NCBI GenBank assembly: GCA_016869235.1
Contig: VGER01000005.1
Location: forward strand, 575-64,574
DNA length: 64,000 nt
Direction of reading: 5' to 3'
Origin: Alphaproteobacteria bacterium
Lineage (GTDB): Bacteria; Pseudomonadota; Alphaproteobacteria; UBA2966; CAIVPW01
The translations under genes were made by a program, and so were the position numbers. The notes under the pieces were generated by a model. It was not told where the DNA came from and did no database searches. It was given only the letters and a program-made list of their open reading frames with translations. Positions within the stretch are counted from its first letter, which is position 1. The number at the start of each line of letters is the position of its first letter. Below are positions 1 to 10,587 of the stretch, piece after piece.

Positions 1-2
1 CG

Positions 3-893
3 GGCGTCGTCAACATCGCCGTCGCCGGCACGCAGCAGCTACGTACACAGAACGGCAATACGCGCCAGCGGCAGATCCAGGGCGCCGGCTCGGGCGTGAT
101 CGTCGACGCCGCCAAAGGCTACGTGCTCACCAACCACCACGTCGTCGACAACGCGTCGGCCATCAAGGTGACGCTCTCGGACGGCCGCACTCTCGACGCG
201 ACGCTCGTCGGCAGCGACCAGGCCACCGACATCGCCGTGCTCAAGGTGCCGACCGAGCGCCTCACCGCCGTCCCGTTCGGCGAGCCCGACAAGCTGAAGG
301 TCGGCGACTTCGTCATCGCCATCGGCAATCCGTTCGGCCTCGGCCAGACGGTGACGTCCGGCATCATCAGCGCGCTCGGCCGCGGCGGCATCAACGAGGG
401 GTACGAGGACTTCATCCAGACGGACGCGTCCATCAACCCCGGCAACTCCGGCGGCGCGCTCATCGACATGACCGGCAAGCTAATCGGCATCAACACCGCC
501 ATCCTCGGGCCGGGCGGCAACATCGGCATCGGCTTCGCCGTGCCCGTGGACATCGCCCGCGCCGTGATGGACCAGATCGTCAAGTACGGCGACATCAAGC
601 GTGGCCGCCTGGGCGTCGAGATCGACGACCTACCGCCCGGTGAAATCGCCCGGCTCGGCAAGGCGGGCGCGACCATCAAGTCGGTGCTCGCCGGCTCCGC
701 CGCCGAGAAGGCCGGTCTCACGGTGAACGACGTCGTCATCGGCTTCAACGGTGCCGGCATCCGCGGTGCGAACGACCTGCGCAACAAGGTCGCGCTCACC
801 CGCGTCGGCAACTCGGTCGACCTGGTCGTGCTGCGCAACGGCCGCCAGCAGAACGTGGAAGTGAAAATCGCTGAGGGCGCGCCGAACCGGTAA
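3..893 (+). CDS. HtrA/DegQ-family serine protease, single PDZ domain (5'-truncated by window edge)
   Basis: The frame is open from position 3 (GVVNIAV...GSGVIVDA). Catalytic motifs TNHHVV, DIAVL and QTDASINPGNSGG are present, followed by one C-terminal PDZ domain. Confidence 0.93.
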   Translation, partial: GVVNIAVAGTQQLRTQNGNTRQRQIQGAGSGVIVDAAKGYVLTNHHVVDNASAIKVTLSDGRTLDATLVGSDQATDIAVLKVPTERLTAVPFGEPDKLKVGDFVIAIGNPFGLGQTVTSGIISALGRGGINEGYEDFIQTDASINPGNSGGALIDMTGKLIGINTAILGPGGNIGIGFAVPVDIARAVMDQIVKYGDIKRGRLGVEIDDLPPGEIARLGKAGATIKSVLAGSAAEKAGLTVNDVVIGFNGAGIRGANDLRNKVALTRVGNSVDLVVLRNGRQQNVEVKIAEGAPNR

Positions 894-907
894 ACGAAGC
901 GCGTCTC

Positions 908-950
908 AAAAGCCGCCGCCGGATTCCCCTCCTGGCGGCGGCTTCTTGTT
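908..950 (+). terminator. Probable intrinsic terminator
   Basis: AAGCCGCCGCC (910-920) and GGCGGCGGCTT (934-944) form an inverted repeat followed by CTTGTT, just after the protease stop. Confidence 0.7.
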
Positions 951-1111
951 GTCCGCACTTTGTTGCCGCGCGGTGCGCGCCTGCCGCCAAGCTTGCGTCT
1001 GCCATTCGACGCTTCTATCCCCTCGCTCGACTTGCCCTGCGGCAATTTGACCCTATTGTCGCTACTACCTCGGATGGAGTGATCCCATCCGGGGTGGGGA
1101 TAGGGGAGTCC

Positions 1112-2161
1112 ATGCGTAGCTCGATGGGATTGAGCGTGCGTAGTGCGCTGCGTGATTGCGTAGTCTTGCTGCTGCTTGTCTCGCCGGCGTGGGCCGCCGG
1201 CATTCCGATGGATGAGGCGCGCGGCGTCTTCACGCTCGCGCCCGTGCCGGAGAGCACCGCACCCGCCATCGTCAGCGTCGTTGCCACCGGCGCCAACCGC
1301 GCCCAGGCCCGCACCGTCGGCCTGCAGGCGCGCCGCCCGGCGGAAGGCTCGGGCGTCATCGTCGACGCCGTCAAGGGCTTCATCCTTACCAGCAACCATG
1401 TCGTCGCCGGCGCCAGTTCGATCGTCGTGATGCTGCACGACGGCCGCGCCCTCGACGCCAAGTTTATCGGCGGCGACGCCGGCACCGACATCGCGGTGCT
1501 GAAGGTGTCCCCCGTCGATCTCGTCGCGGTTCCCATGGGCGATGCGGCGGCCCTCAAGGTCGGCGATTTCGTCCTCGCGCTCGGCAATCCTTACGGTCTC
1601 GGCCAGTCGGTGAGCTCCGGCATCATCAGCGGGCTCGGCCGCGGCGGTATCAACGCCGATCGCAACGAGGACTTCATTCAGACCGATGCCGCCATCAATC
1701 CCGGCAACTCCGGCGGCGCCCTCATCGACACGCGCGGGCGCCTGGTCGGCATCAACGCGGCAATCTATGGGCCGTCCAACGGCGGCAACGCTCTCGGCAT
1801 CGGCTTCGCCGTGCCGATCGACATCGCGCGCTCCGTGATGGACCAGATCGTCGCCTACGGCGACATCAAGCGCGGCCGCCTCGGTGCCAGCATGGCCGAC
1901 ATCGCGCCGGCGCAATACGCGCGGCTGGGACGCAGCGGCGCCATCGTCAACCGCATCGACAAGGGCTCGCCTGCGGAACGCTCCGGTCTTGCCATCAATG
2001 ATGTGGTCCTCGGCTTCAACGGCATGTCGGTGCGCAACGCCCGCGACCTCAACAACAAGGTCGCGCTCACCCGCGCCGGGGCATCCGTGCGGCTGTCCAT
2101 CCTGCGCGACGGCAATCCGCTCACGGTCGACGTCGCCGTGGGCGAAGCGCAGCCGCTCTAG
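1112..2161 (+). CDS. Second HtrA/DegQ-family serine protease, single PDZ domain, signal peptide
   Basis: GGGGAG SD precedes ATG 1112. Hydrophobic N-terminus ending AWA-A; motifs TSNHVV, DIAVL and QTDAAINPGNSGG. Confidence 0.9.
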   Translation: MRSSMGLSVRSALRDCVVLLLLVSPAWAAGIPMDEARGVFTLAPVPESTAPAIVSVVATGANRAQARTVGLQARRPAEGSGVIVDAVKGFILTSNHVVAGASSIVVMLHDGRALDAKFIGGDAGTDIAVLKVSPVDLVAVPMGDAAALKVGDFVLALGNPYGLGQSVSSGIISGLGRGGINADRNEDFIQTDAAINPGNSGGALIDTRGRLVGINAAIYGPSNGGNALGIGFAVPIDIARSVMDQIVAYGDIKRGRLGASMADIAPAQYARLGRSGAIVNRIDKGSPAERSGLAINDVVLGFNGMSVRNARDLNNKVALTRAGASVRLSILRDGNPLTVDVAVGEAQPL

Positions 2162-2217
2162 CGGCCTGCTCGCCCTCGGGCTTGCACGCGAGGCCGCAAC
2201 GGGCGTTTCCTCTGCTC

Positions 2218-2943
2218 ATGCGGCCCCTCGTCTATGCGGAGCTTGCCGACTGGTGGGAGCTGTTCACCGCGCCCGCCGACTACGCCGAGGAAGCGGCGAC
2301 CTTGCGCGACCTCTTCGCGACCCTGCCGTCGCCGCCGCGTACGGTTTTGGAGCTCGGCTGCGGGGGCGGCAACAACGCCTCGCACATGAAGGCGTGGTAC
2401 GCGCTGACGCTGACCGATCTCTCGCCCGAGATGCTGGCGGTGAGCCGCAGGCGGAATCCCGAGTGCGAGCATGTGCTGGGCGACATGCGCACGCTGCGCC
2501 TCGGCCGCACGTTCGACGCAGTGTTCGCGCATGACGCCATCGGCTACATCACCACCGAGGCTGACCTCGCCGCCGCGCTGACCACCGCGTACGTGCACAC
2601 CAGTCCCGGCGGCGCGGTGTTGGTCGCACCGGATGAAGTGCTCGAAGACTTCCGGCCCGGCGTCGACGACGGCGGCCATGACGGCGACGGTGCCAACGCG
2701 GGACGCGCCATGCGCTGGCTGGAGTGGACCGCGCCGGCGACTGGCAACAGCTACACCGTCGACTACGCCATCCTGCTGCGCGAGCGCGACGGCACGGTGC
2801 GTGCAGTCCACGACCGTCATATGCTCGGCGTGTTTCCGCTGGCGACCTGGCTGCGCCTGTTGGGCGACGCAGGATTCACGGCGCGTGCACTGCGCGATCC
2901 CATCGAGCCGCGCCGCACGCTGTTCCTGGGCGTGCGGTCCTAA
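2218..2943 (+). CDS. Class I SAM-dependent methyltransferase
   Basis: Motif I VLELGCGGG, plus DLSPEML, GDMR and FDAVF. Start is uncertain (2182 or 2218). Confidence 0.85.
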   Translation: MRPLVYAELADWWELFTAPADYAEEAATLRDLFATLPSPPRTVLELGCGGGNNASHMKAWYALTLTDLSPEMLAVSRRRNPECEHVLGDMRTLRLGRTFDAVFAHDAIGYITTEADLAAALTTAYVHTSPGGAVLVAPDEVLEDFRPGVDDGGHDGDGANAGRAMRWLEWTAPATGNSYTVDYAILLRERDGTVRAVHDRHMLGVFPLATWLRLLGDAGFTARALRDPIEPRRTLFLGVRS

Positions 2944-3672
2944 GAAGCTCGCCGCGCAATCACCTTGATGCCGGGCTTCCACGCCCAGGCGCGTGCGACG
3001 ACCGTCAGCCCGTGCCGGCGCAGCAGCAGCGCGAGGCTCGCGGGCGTAAAGTACAGGCAATGCTCCGGCGGCTTGTAGGCGTCCCAGCGGTGCAGTTCGC
3101 GCGGCCGCCGCCAGTGACCGATGTCGGGGGTAGTCAGGTACAACGCGCCGCCCGGCTTCAGCACCGCGGCGAGCGCCGCGGCGAAGCGGTTGGCGTCGGG
3201 CGCGTGCTCGATCACCTCCGAGCAGTACAGGGCGTCGAACGTCTCGCCAGAGTTGCGTTCGGCGAACTGCTCCAGCGTCGCGACGAAATAGCGGTTGGCC
3301 GGAAAGTGCTCGCGCGCCCACGCGACCGACGCCGGATCGGGCTCGACGCCGGCCGCCTCGAAGCCCGCCAGGCGCGCCGCCTCCACCATGAAGCCGCCGT
3401 TGCAGCCGGCATCGAGGAAGCGCCTGCGCGGCGCGTAGCGCCGCAGCTTGGCGATGCGGCCGCGCGCGCGCGAGCTTGCGCGCCGCCTTGGGGAAGTAGC
3501 GCGCACCGATGCCCTCCGCTTCGTAGAGTCCCGCCTGCACTTCGGCGGCTGGAATGGGATGCAGCACGACGAAGCCGCAGGCCTCGCAGCGGAACAGCGT
3601 GGCGTTCTGGTCTTGGTGGTAGACGCCCAGGCGCGTGCCGCCGCACGCCTGGCACGATGCGGGCGGGCTCAC
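2940..3672 (-). pseudogene. Class I SAM methyltransferase with N-terminal Zn-ribbon, split by a frameshift at about 3460-3472 (probably a sequence error)
   Basis: The N-terminus (CxxC...CxxC; CQACGG, FRCEACG) is in one frame and the catalytic part (FLDAGCNGG, EVIEH, YLTTPD, PPEH) is in another. Adding one GC unit to the (GC)5 run fuses them. Confidence 0.75.
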
Positions 3673-4154
3673 CCGCGGAACTGCGGGATGCGCCGCCAGT
3701 CGGCCGGGGTCCTGCGGACGAAATCGCGCTCGACCGCGGCAAGGGCGACGCGATGCCCGTGGAACGGCACCAGCTCGGCGGCTTCCGTGACGCTGGCCCA
3801 GCGGAAGTCGGTGTTCTCCTCGTTGAGCACCACCGCGCCGTCGCGCGCCACGCCGACGAACACCGGCGCCACCTCAATGCTCTCGGCGTGTGGTGAATAG
3901 AAGGTGTCGCAGAAGCCGGCCGAATAGAGGGAGCGCAAGGCCAGGCCCGCCTCCTCGCGCGTCTCGCGCACCGCCGCCTGCCACGCCGTCTCGCCCGCTT
4001 CCATGCGGCCGGTGATCATCGACCACTCGCCGATGTAGGCGCCTTGGCCGCGCCGCACGAGCAGGAGTTGTGCGCCGGCGCCGGTCGCCGACAGCACCGC
4101 CACCGCCACGGCGCGGCAGCGGATGGGGACTTCGGCGGCGGAGGCGGCTGGCAT
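3669..4154 (-). CDS. Nudix hydrolase
   Basis: Nudix box [22 protein letters not shown]. Confidence 0.9.
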   Translation of the reverse strand: MPAASAAEVPIRCRAVAVAVLSATGAGAQLLLVRRGQGAYIGEWSMITGRMEAGETAWQAAVRETREEAGLALRSLYSAGFCDTFYSPHAESIEVAPVFVGVARDGAVVLNEENTDFRWASVTEAAELVPFHGHRVALAAVERDFVRRTPADWRRIPQFRG

Positions 4155-4200
4155 GCGTGCGGACCTTGCGGGCAGTAGGGCGAGCGGTCAAGCTCCGCCC

Positions 4201-4713
4201 ATGGCTGCGGCCGTGCGCGTCGCCCAAGGGGACATCACCACCTTCGCCGTCGATGCGATCGTCAACGCCGCAAACTCGACGCTTCTCGGCGGCGGCGGCG
4301 TCGATGGTGCCATCCACCGCGCGGCCGGCCCGCGCTTGCTCGACGAATGCAAAGGCTTGGGTGGCTGTGTGACGGGCGACGCGAAGATCACCAAGGGCTA
4401 CGACCTGCCGGCGCGCCACGTCATCCACACCGTGGGACCGGTGTGGCTCGGCGGCGGCCATGGCGAGGAAGAGTTGTTGGCGCGCTGCTATAAGCGCTGC
4501 ATCGCCGTGGCGGCCACCAATGCCTGCCGCACCGTGGCGTTTCCCGGCATCAGCACCGGCGCATACCGCTTCCCGATGGACCGCGCCGCCCGCATCGCCG
4601 TCGATTCGGTCCGTGAGTCGACGCAGTCGTTCGGCGAAGTGCAGGAAGTGACGTTCGTCTGTTTCAACCAACCGATGGCAGACCTCTACCGCGATCTGCT
4701 GGTGCGGGCGTGA
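4201..4713 (+). CDS. Macrodomain protein, O-acetyl-ADP-ribose deacetylase (YmdB-like)
   Basis: Motifs [32 protein letters not shown] and FPGISTGAY. Confidence 0.93.
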   Translation: MAAAVRVAQGDITTFAVDAIVNAANSTLLGGGGVDGAIHRAAGPRLLDECKGLGGCVTGDAKITKGYDLPARHVIHTVGPVWLGGGHGEEELLARCYKRCIAVAATNACRTVAFPGISTGAYRFPMDRAARIAVDSVRESTQSFGEVQEVTFVCFNQPMADLYRDLLVRA

Positions 4714-7367
4714 CGGCGATGGAGAGCAAGCCGCGCGGCGACAAGAGCGAAGCGACGCCGCTGCTCGCCCAGTACCTCGCCATCAAGGCGGAGCATCCGG
4801 ATCACTTGCTGTTCTACCGGATGGGCGACTTCTACGAGCTGTTCTTCGAGGACGCCGTCGTCGCGTCGGCAGCGCTCGACATTGTGCTCACCAAGCGCGG
4901 CAAGCACCAGGACGCCGACATCCCGATGTGCGGGGTGCCGGTGCACTCCTACGAGTCCTACCTGCTGAAGCTGATCCGCAAGGGATTCAAGGTCGCCATT
5001 TGCGAGCAGACCGAGGATCCCGAGGAAGCCAAGAAGCGCGGCTCCAAGTCGGTGGTGGCGCGGGCCGTAGTGCGTGTGATCACGCCGGGCACGCTCACCG
5101 AGGACACGTTGCTCGATGCGCGCGCCCACAACTACCTCGCGGCGCTGGGCGCGGCGGGCGGCGAGTTGGCGCTGGCGTGGATCGACATCTCGACCGGCGA
5201 ATTCAGCGTCGCAGCGGTTGCGCCCGCCGCATTGCCGGCCGAGCTGGCGCGGCTTGCCGCCGGCGAGATCCTGGTGGCGGATGCGCTCGTGCAGCGGCCG
5301 GATTTGTTCGAGACGCTCGGTGACTGGAAATCGGCGCTGACCGTCCTGCCGGCGGCCCAGTTCGACAGCAGCGCGGGCGAGCGCACCCTGAAGCGCGTCT
5401 ACGCCGTGGCGACGCTGGACGCGTTCGGTTCGCTCGAGCGCGCCGAGCTCGCCGCGGCCGGGGCGCTCGTGGAGTACGTCGAGCGCACCCAGCGCGGCCA
5501 GGTGCCGCGGCTGGCGCCGCCGTCCCGCATCGCCGCCGGCGCCACCATGGCCATCGACGCGGCCACTCGCCGCAATCTCGAATTGGTGCGCACCCTGTCG
5601 GGCGACCGCGCCGGCAGCCTGCTCGCCGCCGTCGATCGCACCCTGACCGGCGCCGGCGCCCGCCTGCTGGCGGCGCGGCTGGCGGCGCCCCTCACCGAGG
5701 CGGTGGCAATCCGCGCCCGTCACGACGACGTCGCCTGGTTCGTCCGCGAACCCAGCCTGCGTGACGCGGTGCGAGCCGACCTGCAACGCTGCCCCGATGT
5801 CGAGCGTGCGTTGATGCGCTGCACGGTCGGCCGCGGCGGGCCGCGCGACCTGGCCGCCATCGCCCAAGGCCTGCAGCGGGCGGGCAAGATGCGCGCGTTG
5901 CTTCGCGCATCGCCGGAGGCGCCGGACGGAGTGCGTCGCCTAGCGGCCGACCTCGGCCACCACGACACGTTCATCGCCAAGGTGGAGCGCGGGCTGGCGC
6001 CGGAGCCGCCGGCGCTCGTGCGCGACGGTGGCTTCATCGCCAAGGGCTTCAGCCGGCGCCTCGATGAGCTGCGCGCGTTGCGCGACGAGAGCCGCCGTCT
6101 TGTTCTCGACCTGCAGGCGCGGTACGCGGCGGAGACGGGCGTGCCGCGCCTCAAGATCGCCCACAACAACGTGCTCGGCTATTTCGTCGAAGTCGGCACC
6201 AGCCACGCCGACAAGCTCGCCACGCCTCCCGGCCGCTTCCATCACCGCCAGACCATGGCCAACGCGGCGCGCTTCTCCACCGCCGAGCTCGCCGATCTCG
6301 AGCGCAAGATTGGCGAGGCCGCCGAGCAGGCGCTTCGTCTCGAGCTGACGCTGTTCGAGGACTTCGTGCAGGAGCTGCGCCTGCAAGGGGACGCCATCGC
6401 TCGCGCGGCGCGTGCTCTCGCCGCGCTCGACGTTGCCGCGGCGTTGGCGGAGCTCGCCGCTGAGCGCAGCTGGTGCCGGCCGGTGGTCGACGAGAGCCTC
6501 GCCTTCCGCATCGCGCGCGGCCGTCACCCGGTGGTGGAGGCGGCGCTCGCCAAGAGCCGCGAGTCCGCCTTCGTCCCCAACGACTGCGACCTTGGCGAGC
6601 AACGCCTGTGGCTGCTCACGGGACCCAACATGGCGGGCAAGAGCACCTTCCTGCGCCAGAACGCGCTGATCGCGGTGCTGGCGCAAATGGGCGCCTTCGT
6701 CCCGGCGGAAAGCGCGCACATCGGCGTTGTCGATCGCTTGTTCAGCCGCGTCGGCGCGGCCGACGATCTCGCGCGCGGGCGCTCCACCTTCATGGTCGAG
6801 ATGGTCGAGACCGCCGCCATTCTCAATCAGTCGGGAGGGCGCGCGCTCGTCATCCTCGACGAGATCGGGCGCGGCACGGCGACCTACGACGGCCTGTCCA
6901 TCGCCTGGGCGGTGATCGAGCACCTGCACGAGGTCAACCGCTGCCGCGCGTTGTTCGCCACGCACTACCACGAGCTGGTGGCGCTCGCCGGCCGGCTGCC
7001 GGCGCTGGCCAACTACACGGTGCGAGTGAAGGAGTGGCAGGGTGAGGTGGTGTTCCTGCACGAGGTCGTGCGCGGCGCCGCCGAGGCAAGCTACGGCATC
7101 CAAGTCGCGAAGCTCGCCGGGCTGCCGGCCGCAGTCATCGCTCGCGCGTCCGACGTTCTCGCGCAACTCGAGCGTGACGAGCCGGCGAGCGCCGCGGTGC
7201 GCCTTGCCGCCGACCTGCCGCTGTTCTTGGCGCAACCACGCGCCGTCCGGGCCGCCAAGTGGTCGGCGGTGGAGGCGGAGCTTGCCAACGTGCGTCCCGA
7301 CGACCTCACCCCGAAGGACGCGCTCGCGCTTCTCTACAGGCTCAAAGGGTTACTCGACCGCTCGTGA
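4710..7367 (+). CDS. mutS: DNA mismatch repair protein MutS
   Basis: [15 protein letters not shown], Walker [17 protein letters not shown] and DEIGRGT; 885 aa. Confidence 0.98.
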   Translation: MTAMESKPRGDKSEATPLLAQYLAIKAEHPDHLLFYRMGDFYELFFEDAVVASAALDIVLTKRGKHQDADIPMCGVPVHSYESYLLKLIRKGFKVAICEQTEDPEEAKKRGSKSVVARAVVRVITPGTLTEDTLLDARAHNYLAALGAAGGELALAWIDISTGEFSVAAVAPAALPAELARLAAGEILVADALVQRPDLFETLGDWKSALTVLPAAQFDSSAGERTLKRVYAVATLDAFGSLERAELAAAGALVEYVERTQRGQVPRLAPPSRIAAGATMAIDAATRRNLELVRTLSGDRAGSLLAAVDRTLTGAGARLLAARLAAPLTEAVAIRARHDDVAWFVREPSLRDAVRADLQRCPDVERALMRCTVGRGGPRDLAAIAQGLQRAGKMRALLRASPEAPDGVRRLAADLGHHDTFIAKVERGLAPEPPALVRDGGFIAKGFSRRLDELRALRDESRRLVLDLQARYAAETGVPRLKIAHNNVLGYFVEVGTSHADKLATPPGRFHHRQTMANAARFSTAELADLERKIGEAAEQALRLELTLFEDFVQELRLQGDAIARAARALAALDVAAALAELAAERSWCRPVVDESLAFRIARGRHPVVEAALAKSRESAFVPNDCDLGEQRLWLLTGPNMAGKSTFLRQNALIAVLAQMGAFVPAESAHIGVVDRLFSRVGAADDLARGRSTFMVEMVETAAILNQSGGRALVILDEIGRGTATYDGLSIAWAVIEHLHEVNRCRALFATHYHELVALAGRLPALANYTVRVKEWQGEVVFLHEVVRGAAEASYGIQVAKLAGLPAAVIARASDVLAQLERDEPASAAVRLAADLPLFLAQPRAVRAAKWSAVEAELANVRPDDLTPKDALALLYRLKGLLDRS

Positions 7368-7715
7368 AAAAGGGACGCGGCCGTGCAGGGCACGGCGCCG
7401 CGTCCCAAGGCAAGGGATTCGGCCGGGGCAAACAATCACGCTGGCGCTCCTTTGCGGACACGCGGCGCCAAATCGATGTCTCGGTCGAGTCCCCTCACGA
7501 AGGCGCTACACCCGGCGACCGCGTCCAATTCGATCAACCGGGTGCAGCACTCCCGATATGGGGCAGAACGCCTTGCCAAGGCACTGTGCGAAATGGGGGC
7601 TCGCCGCCATCCGCACCTTCCCGAACCCGTCGGCACCGGGGTGGAAACCCAAGAAAGGCCGCGCATCTGGCGTTTCCCGCCGGGCTGTGCTTGAACGGGG
7701 GCCAATAGGCCCGGA

Positions 7716-10490
7716 ATGCCGCCCCCCGCCCCCGTCGAGATCAAGCAAACTGCTCCGCTCACGCTGGTGCAGCAGCTGCAGGCCGTGGCGAAAGGAGACG
7801 CCCACGCCGACGGCCAGGCCGTCCGCGCGGAGCTCACGCGGCACCTTGCCGAGGGGCGCAAGGCCATCCGCGAGCGCTTCGATGCCGGCGAGCGCGGCAT
7901 GTCGGTGGCGCGCGCGACGGCGCGTCTGACCGACGACATCGTGCGCGCGCTGTTTTTGTTCACGACCGAGCGCGTCTATCCGGCGGCCAACCCGACCAGG
8001 GCGGAACGCCTGTCGCTGGTGGCCGTCGGCGGGTATGGCCGCGGCGAGATGGCGCCGCATTCGGACGTCGACCTCCTGTTCCTGCTGCCGTTCAAGCAGA
8101 CGGCGTGGGGTGAGCAGGTCGTCGAGTACCTGCTCTACGTGCTTTGGGATCTCGGCCTCAAGGTAGGACACGCATCGCGCTCGGTGGACGAGTGCGTTCG
8201 CCTCCCGCGCAACGACATCACGATCCGGACTTCGATCCTCGAAACGCGCCTCTTGTGCGGCGACGGCGCGCTGTACGACGAGCTGCGCCGGCGCTTCGCC
8301 GCCGAGATCATTGCCAACACCGGCCCGGCGTACGTCGAGGCGAAGCTCGCCGAGCGCGACGAGCGCCACAGGAAGCTCGGCGACTCGCGCTACCTGGTGG
8401 AGCCGAACGTCAAGGACGGCAAGGGCGGCCTGCGCGATCTGCACACGCTGTTCTGGATCGCCAAATACCTCTACCAGGTGCACGACCGCGCCGAGCTGGT
8501 TCCCCTTGGCGTGTTCACCGAGCGCGAGCTGTTGCGCTTCGTCAAGTCGGAGGAATTCCTGTGGAGCGTGCGCTTCGCGCTCCACTACCTGACCGGCCGC
8601 GCCGAGGAGCGCATCACGTTCGACGTCCAGGGCGAGCTCGCCCAGCGGCTCGGTTATAAGCAGCGTACCGGTGCGCGCTCGGTCGAACGCTTCATGAAGC
8701 ACTATTACCTGTACGCCAAGGAGGTCGGCGACCTGACGCGCATCTTCTGCGCCGTGCTCGAGGAGCGTCACAAGCGCCGCCCGCGCTTCCGCCTTCCGCT
8801 GGTCGGCCGGGACCGTCCCGAGATGGTGGACGGCTTCGTGCTGTCGGGCGGCCGCGTGGATGTCGGCGAGCCGGGCATGTTCGCCCGCGATCCCGTGATG
8901 ATGCTCCGCCTCTTCCATCTGGCGCAGGAGCGCGAGCTCGATATCCATCCGCACGCGCTGCGCGCGGTGACGCAGAGCTCGCGGCACGTCAATGCGGACC
9001 TGCGCGCCGACAGGCGCGCCGCCAAGCTGTTCCTCGAGATGCTGACGTCGAAGAAGGATCCCGAGACGACTCTGCGGCGTCTCAACGAAGCCGGCGTGTT
9101 CGGCCGCTTCATTCCCGACTTCGGCCGAGTCGTCGCGCAGATGCAGCACGACATGTACCACGTGTACACGGTGGACGAGCACACCATCCGCGCCATCGGC
9201 ATGCTCGGCAAGCTCGAGAGTGGCAAGCTGCGCGAGGAGAACCCGCTCGCCACCGAGGTCATCGACAAAGTGCTGTCGCGGCGCGTGCTATTCGTCGCCG
9301 TGCTGCTGCACGACATCGCCAAGGGTCGCGGTGGCGACCATTCCGTGCTTGGCGCCGAAGTTGCCAATCGCGTCGGACCGATGCTCGGCCTCGAGGAGCA
9401 GGAGACCGAGACCGTCGCCTGGCTGGTGCTGCACCACCTCGACATGAGCAAGACGGCGTTTCGCCGCGACGTGCACGATCCCAAGACCATCGCGGACTTC
9501 GCCGCGCTGGTGCAGAGCCCCGAGCGCTTGCGCCTGCTGCTGGTGCTCACTGTGTCCGACATCCGCGCCGTCGGGCCGGGGCGATGGAACGGATGGTCGG
9601 GGCAGCTGTTGCGCGAGCTGTACTTCGCCACCGAGGCGGCGCTGGCGGGGGGCGAGTCCGTCGTCGGCGCCAGCAAGCGGCGCATCGAGGAGGCGCGCGC
9701 CGCATGCATTGCGGCGCTGGCGGACTGGCCCGCTGCCGAGCGGGACGCGCACATGGAGCGCTTCTACCCGGCGTACTGGAACTCGTTCGACCTCGAGATC
9801 CAGCTGCGCCACGCTCGCTTCCTGCGCGGCGCCGGCCGCGAGGCGCATTCCCTGGCCATCGGCGTCGAGCCGCTGCCTCAGCAGGGGGTTTCCGAGGTGA
9901 CCGTCTACGCCCAGGATTATGCCGGGCTGTTTGCCGGCGCGGCGGGCGCCATGGCCCTGGCCGGCGCCAACATCGTCAACGCCCGCGTGGTGACTCTGAA
10001 CGACGGCATGGCCCTGGAAAGCTTCTGGGTGCAGGGCCCCGACGGAGGCCCGCTGCAACGTCCCGAGGACGTGACGCATCTCAAGAAGACTCTCACCGAG
10101 GTGCTCACCGGCAAGCTCTCGCCCGCCAAGATCCTGCGCCAGCGCAAGGACCTCGGGCGCACCCGCGTCTTCACCGTGCAGCCGCGCGTGCTGGTGGACA
10201 ACGCGGCCAGCGACAAGTTCACCGTCATCGAGGTGAACGCGCGCGATCGCCGCGGCCTGCTCTTCACCATCACCCAAGCGCTCCTCGACTTCGGCTTGAG
10301 CATCTCCAGCGCGCGCATCGCCACCTACGGCGAGCGCGCCGTGGATGTCTTCTATGTGCGCGATCTCATCGGCCACAAAATCACCGCCGAGCCGCGCATC
10401 GCGCGCCTGCGCGAGAAGCTCCTCGCCGCGCTCGCCGACGAGCCCGCGCCGGCGCCGGTCGTTCCGGCGCACGCCCCTGCCGCCGAATAA
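7716..10490 (+). CDS. glnD: [Protein-PII] uridylyltransferase/uridylyl-removing enzyme
   Basis: AVGGYGRGEMAPHSDVDL nucleotidyltransferase motif, EPNVKDGKGGLRDLH, HD domain (HVYTVDEH, LLHDIAKG) and C-terminal ACT domains. Confidence 0.98.
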   Translation: MPPPAPVEIKQTAPLTLVQQLQAVAKGDAHADGQAVRAELTRHLAEGRKAIRERFDAGERGMSVARATARLTDDIVRALFLFTTERVYPAANPTRAERLSLVAVGGYGRGEMAPHSDVDLLFLLPFKQTAWGEQVVEYLLYVLWDLGLKVGHASRSVDECVRLPRNDITIRTSILETRLLCGDGALYDELRRRFAAEIIANTGPAYVEAKLAERDERHRKLGDSRYLVEPNVKDGKGGLRDLHTLFWIAKYLYQVHDRAELVPLGVFTERELLRFVKSEEFLWSVRFALHYLTGRAEERITFDVQGELAQRLGYKQRTGARSVERFMKHYYLYAKEVGDLTRIFCAVLEERHKRRPRFRLPLVGRDRPEMVDGFVLSGGRVDVGEPGMFARDPVMMLRLFHLAQERELDIHPHALRAVTQSSRHVNADLRADRRAAKLFLEMLTSKKDPETTLRRLNEAGVFGRFIPDFGRVVAQMQHDMYHVYTVDEHTIRAIGMLGKLESGKLREENPLATEVIDKVLSRRVLFVAVLLHDIAKGRGGDHSVLGAEVANRVGPMLGLEEQETETVAWLVLHHLDMSKTAFRRDVHDPKTIADFAALVQSPERLRLLLVLTVSDIRAVGPGRWNGWSGQLLRELYFATEAALAGGESVVGASKRRIEEARAACIAALADWPAAERDAHMERFYPAYWNSFDLEIQLRHARFLRGAGREAHSLAIGVEPLPQQGVSEVTVYAQDYAGLFAGAAGAMALAGANIVNARVVTLNDGMALESFWVQGPDGGPLQRPEDVTHLKKTLTEVLTGKLSPAKILRQRKDLGRTRVFTVQPRVLVDNAASDKFTVIEVNARDRRGLLFTITQALLDFGLSISSARIATYGERAVDVFYVRDLIGHKITAEPRIARLREKLLAALADEPAPAPVVPAHAPAAE

Positions 10491-10506
10491 CGTCTCCTAG
10501 AAGGCT

Positions 10507-10578
10507 CCTCGTGCTGAGCTTGTCGACGCATGAGGGCTATGATGTAGCTCCTCGCCCTTCGACGAGCTCAGGACGCGG
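10507..10578. repeat. REP-like palindromic intergenic repeat, family A (CTGAGCTTGTCGA...TCGACGAGCTCAG)
   Basis: Inverted arms, with a near-identical copy at 44126-44235. Confidence 0.75.
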
Positions 10579-10587
10579 AAGTCTGTC

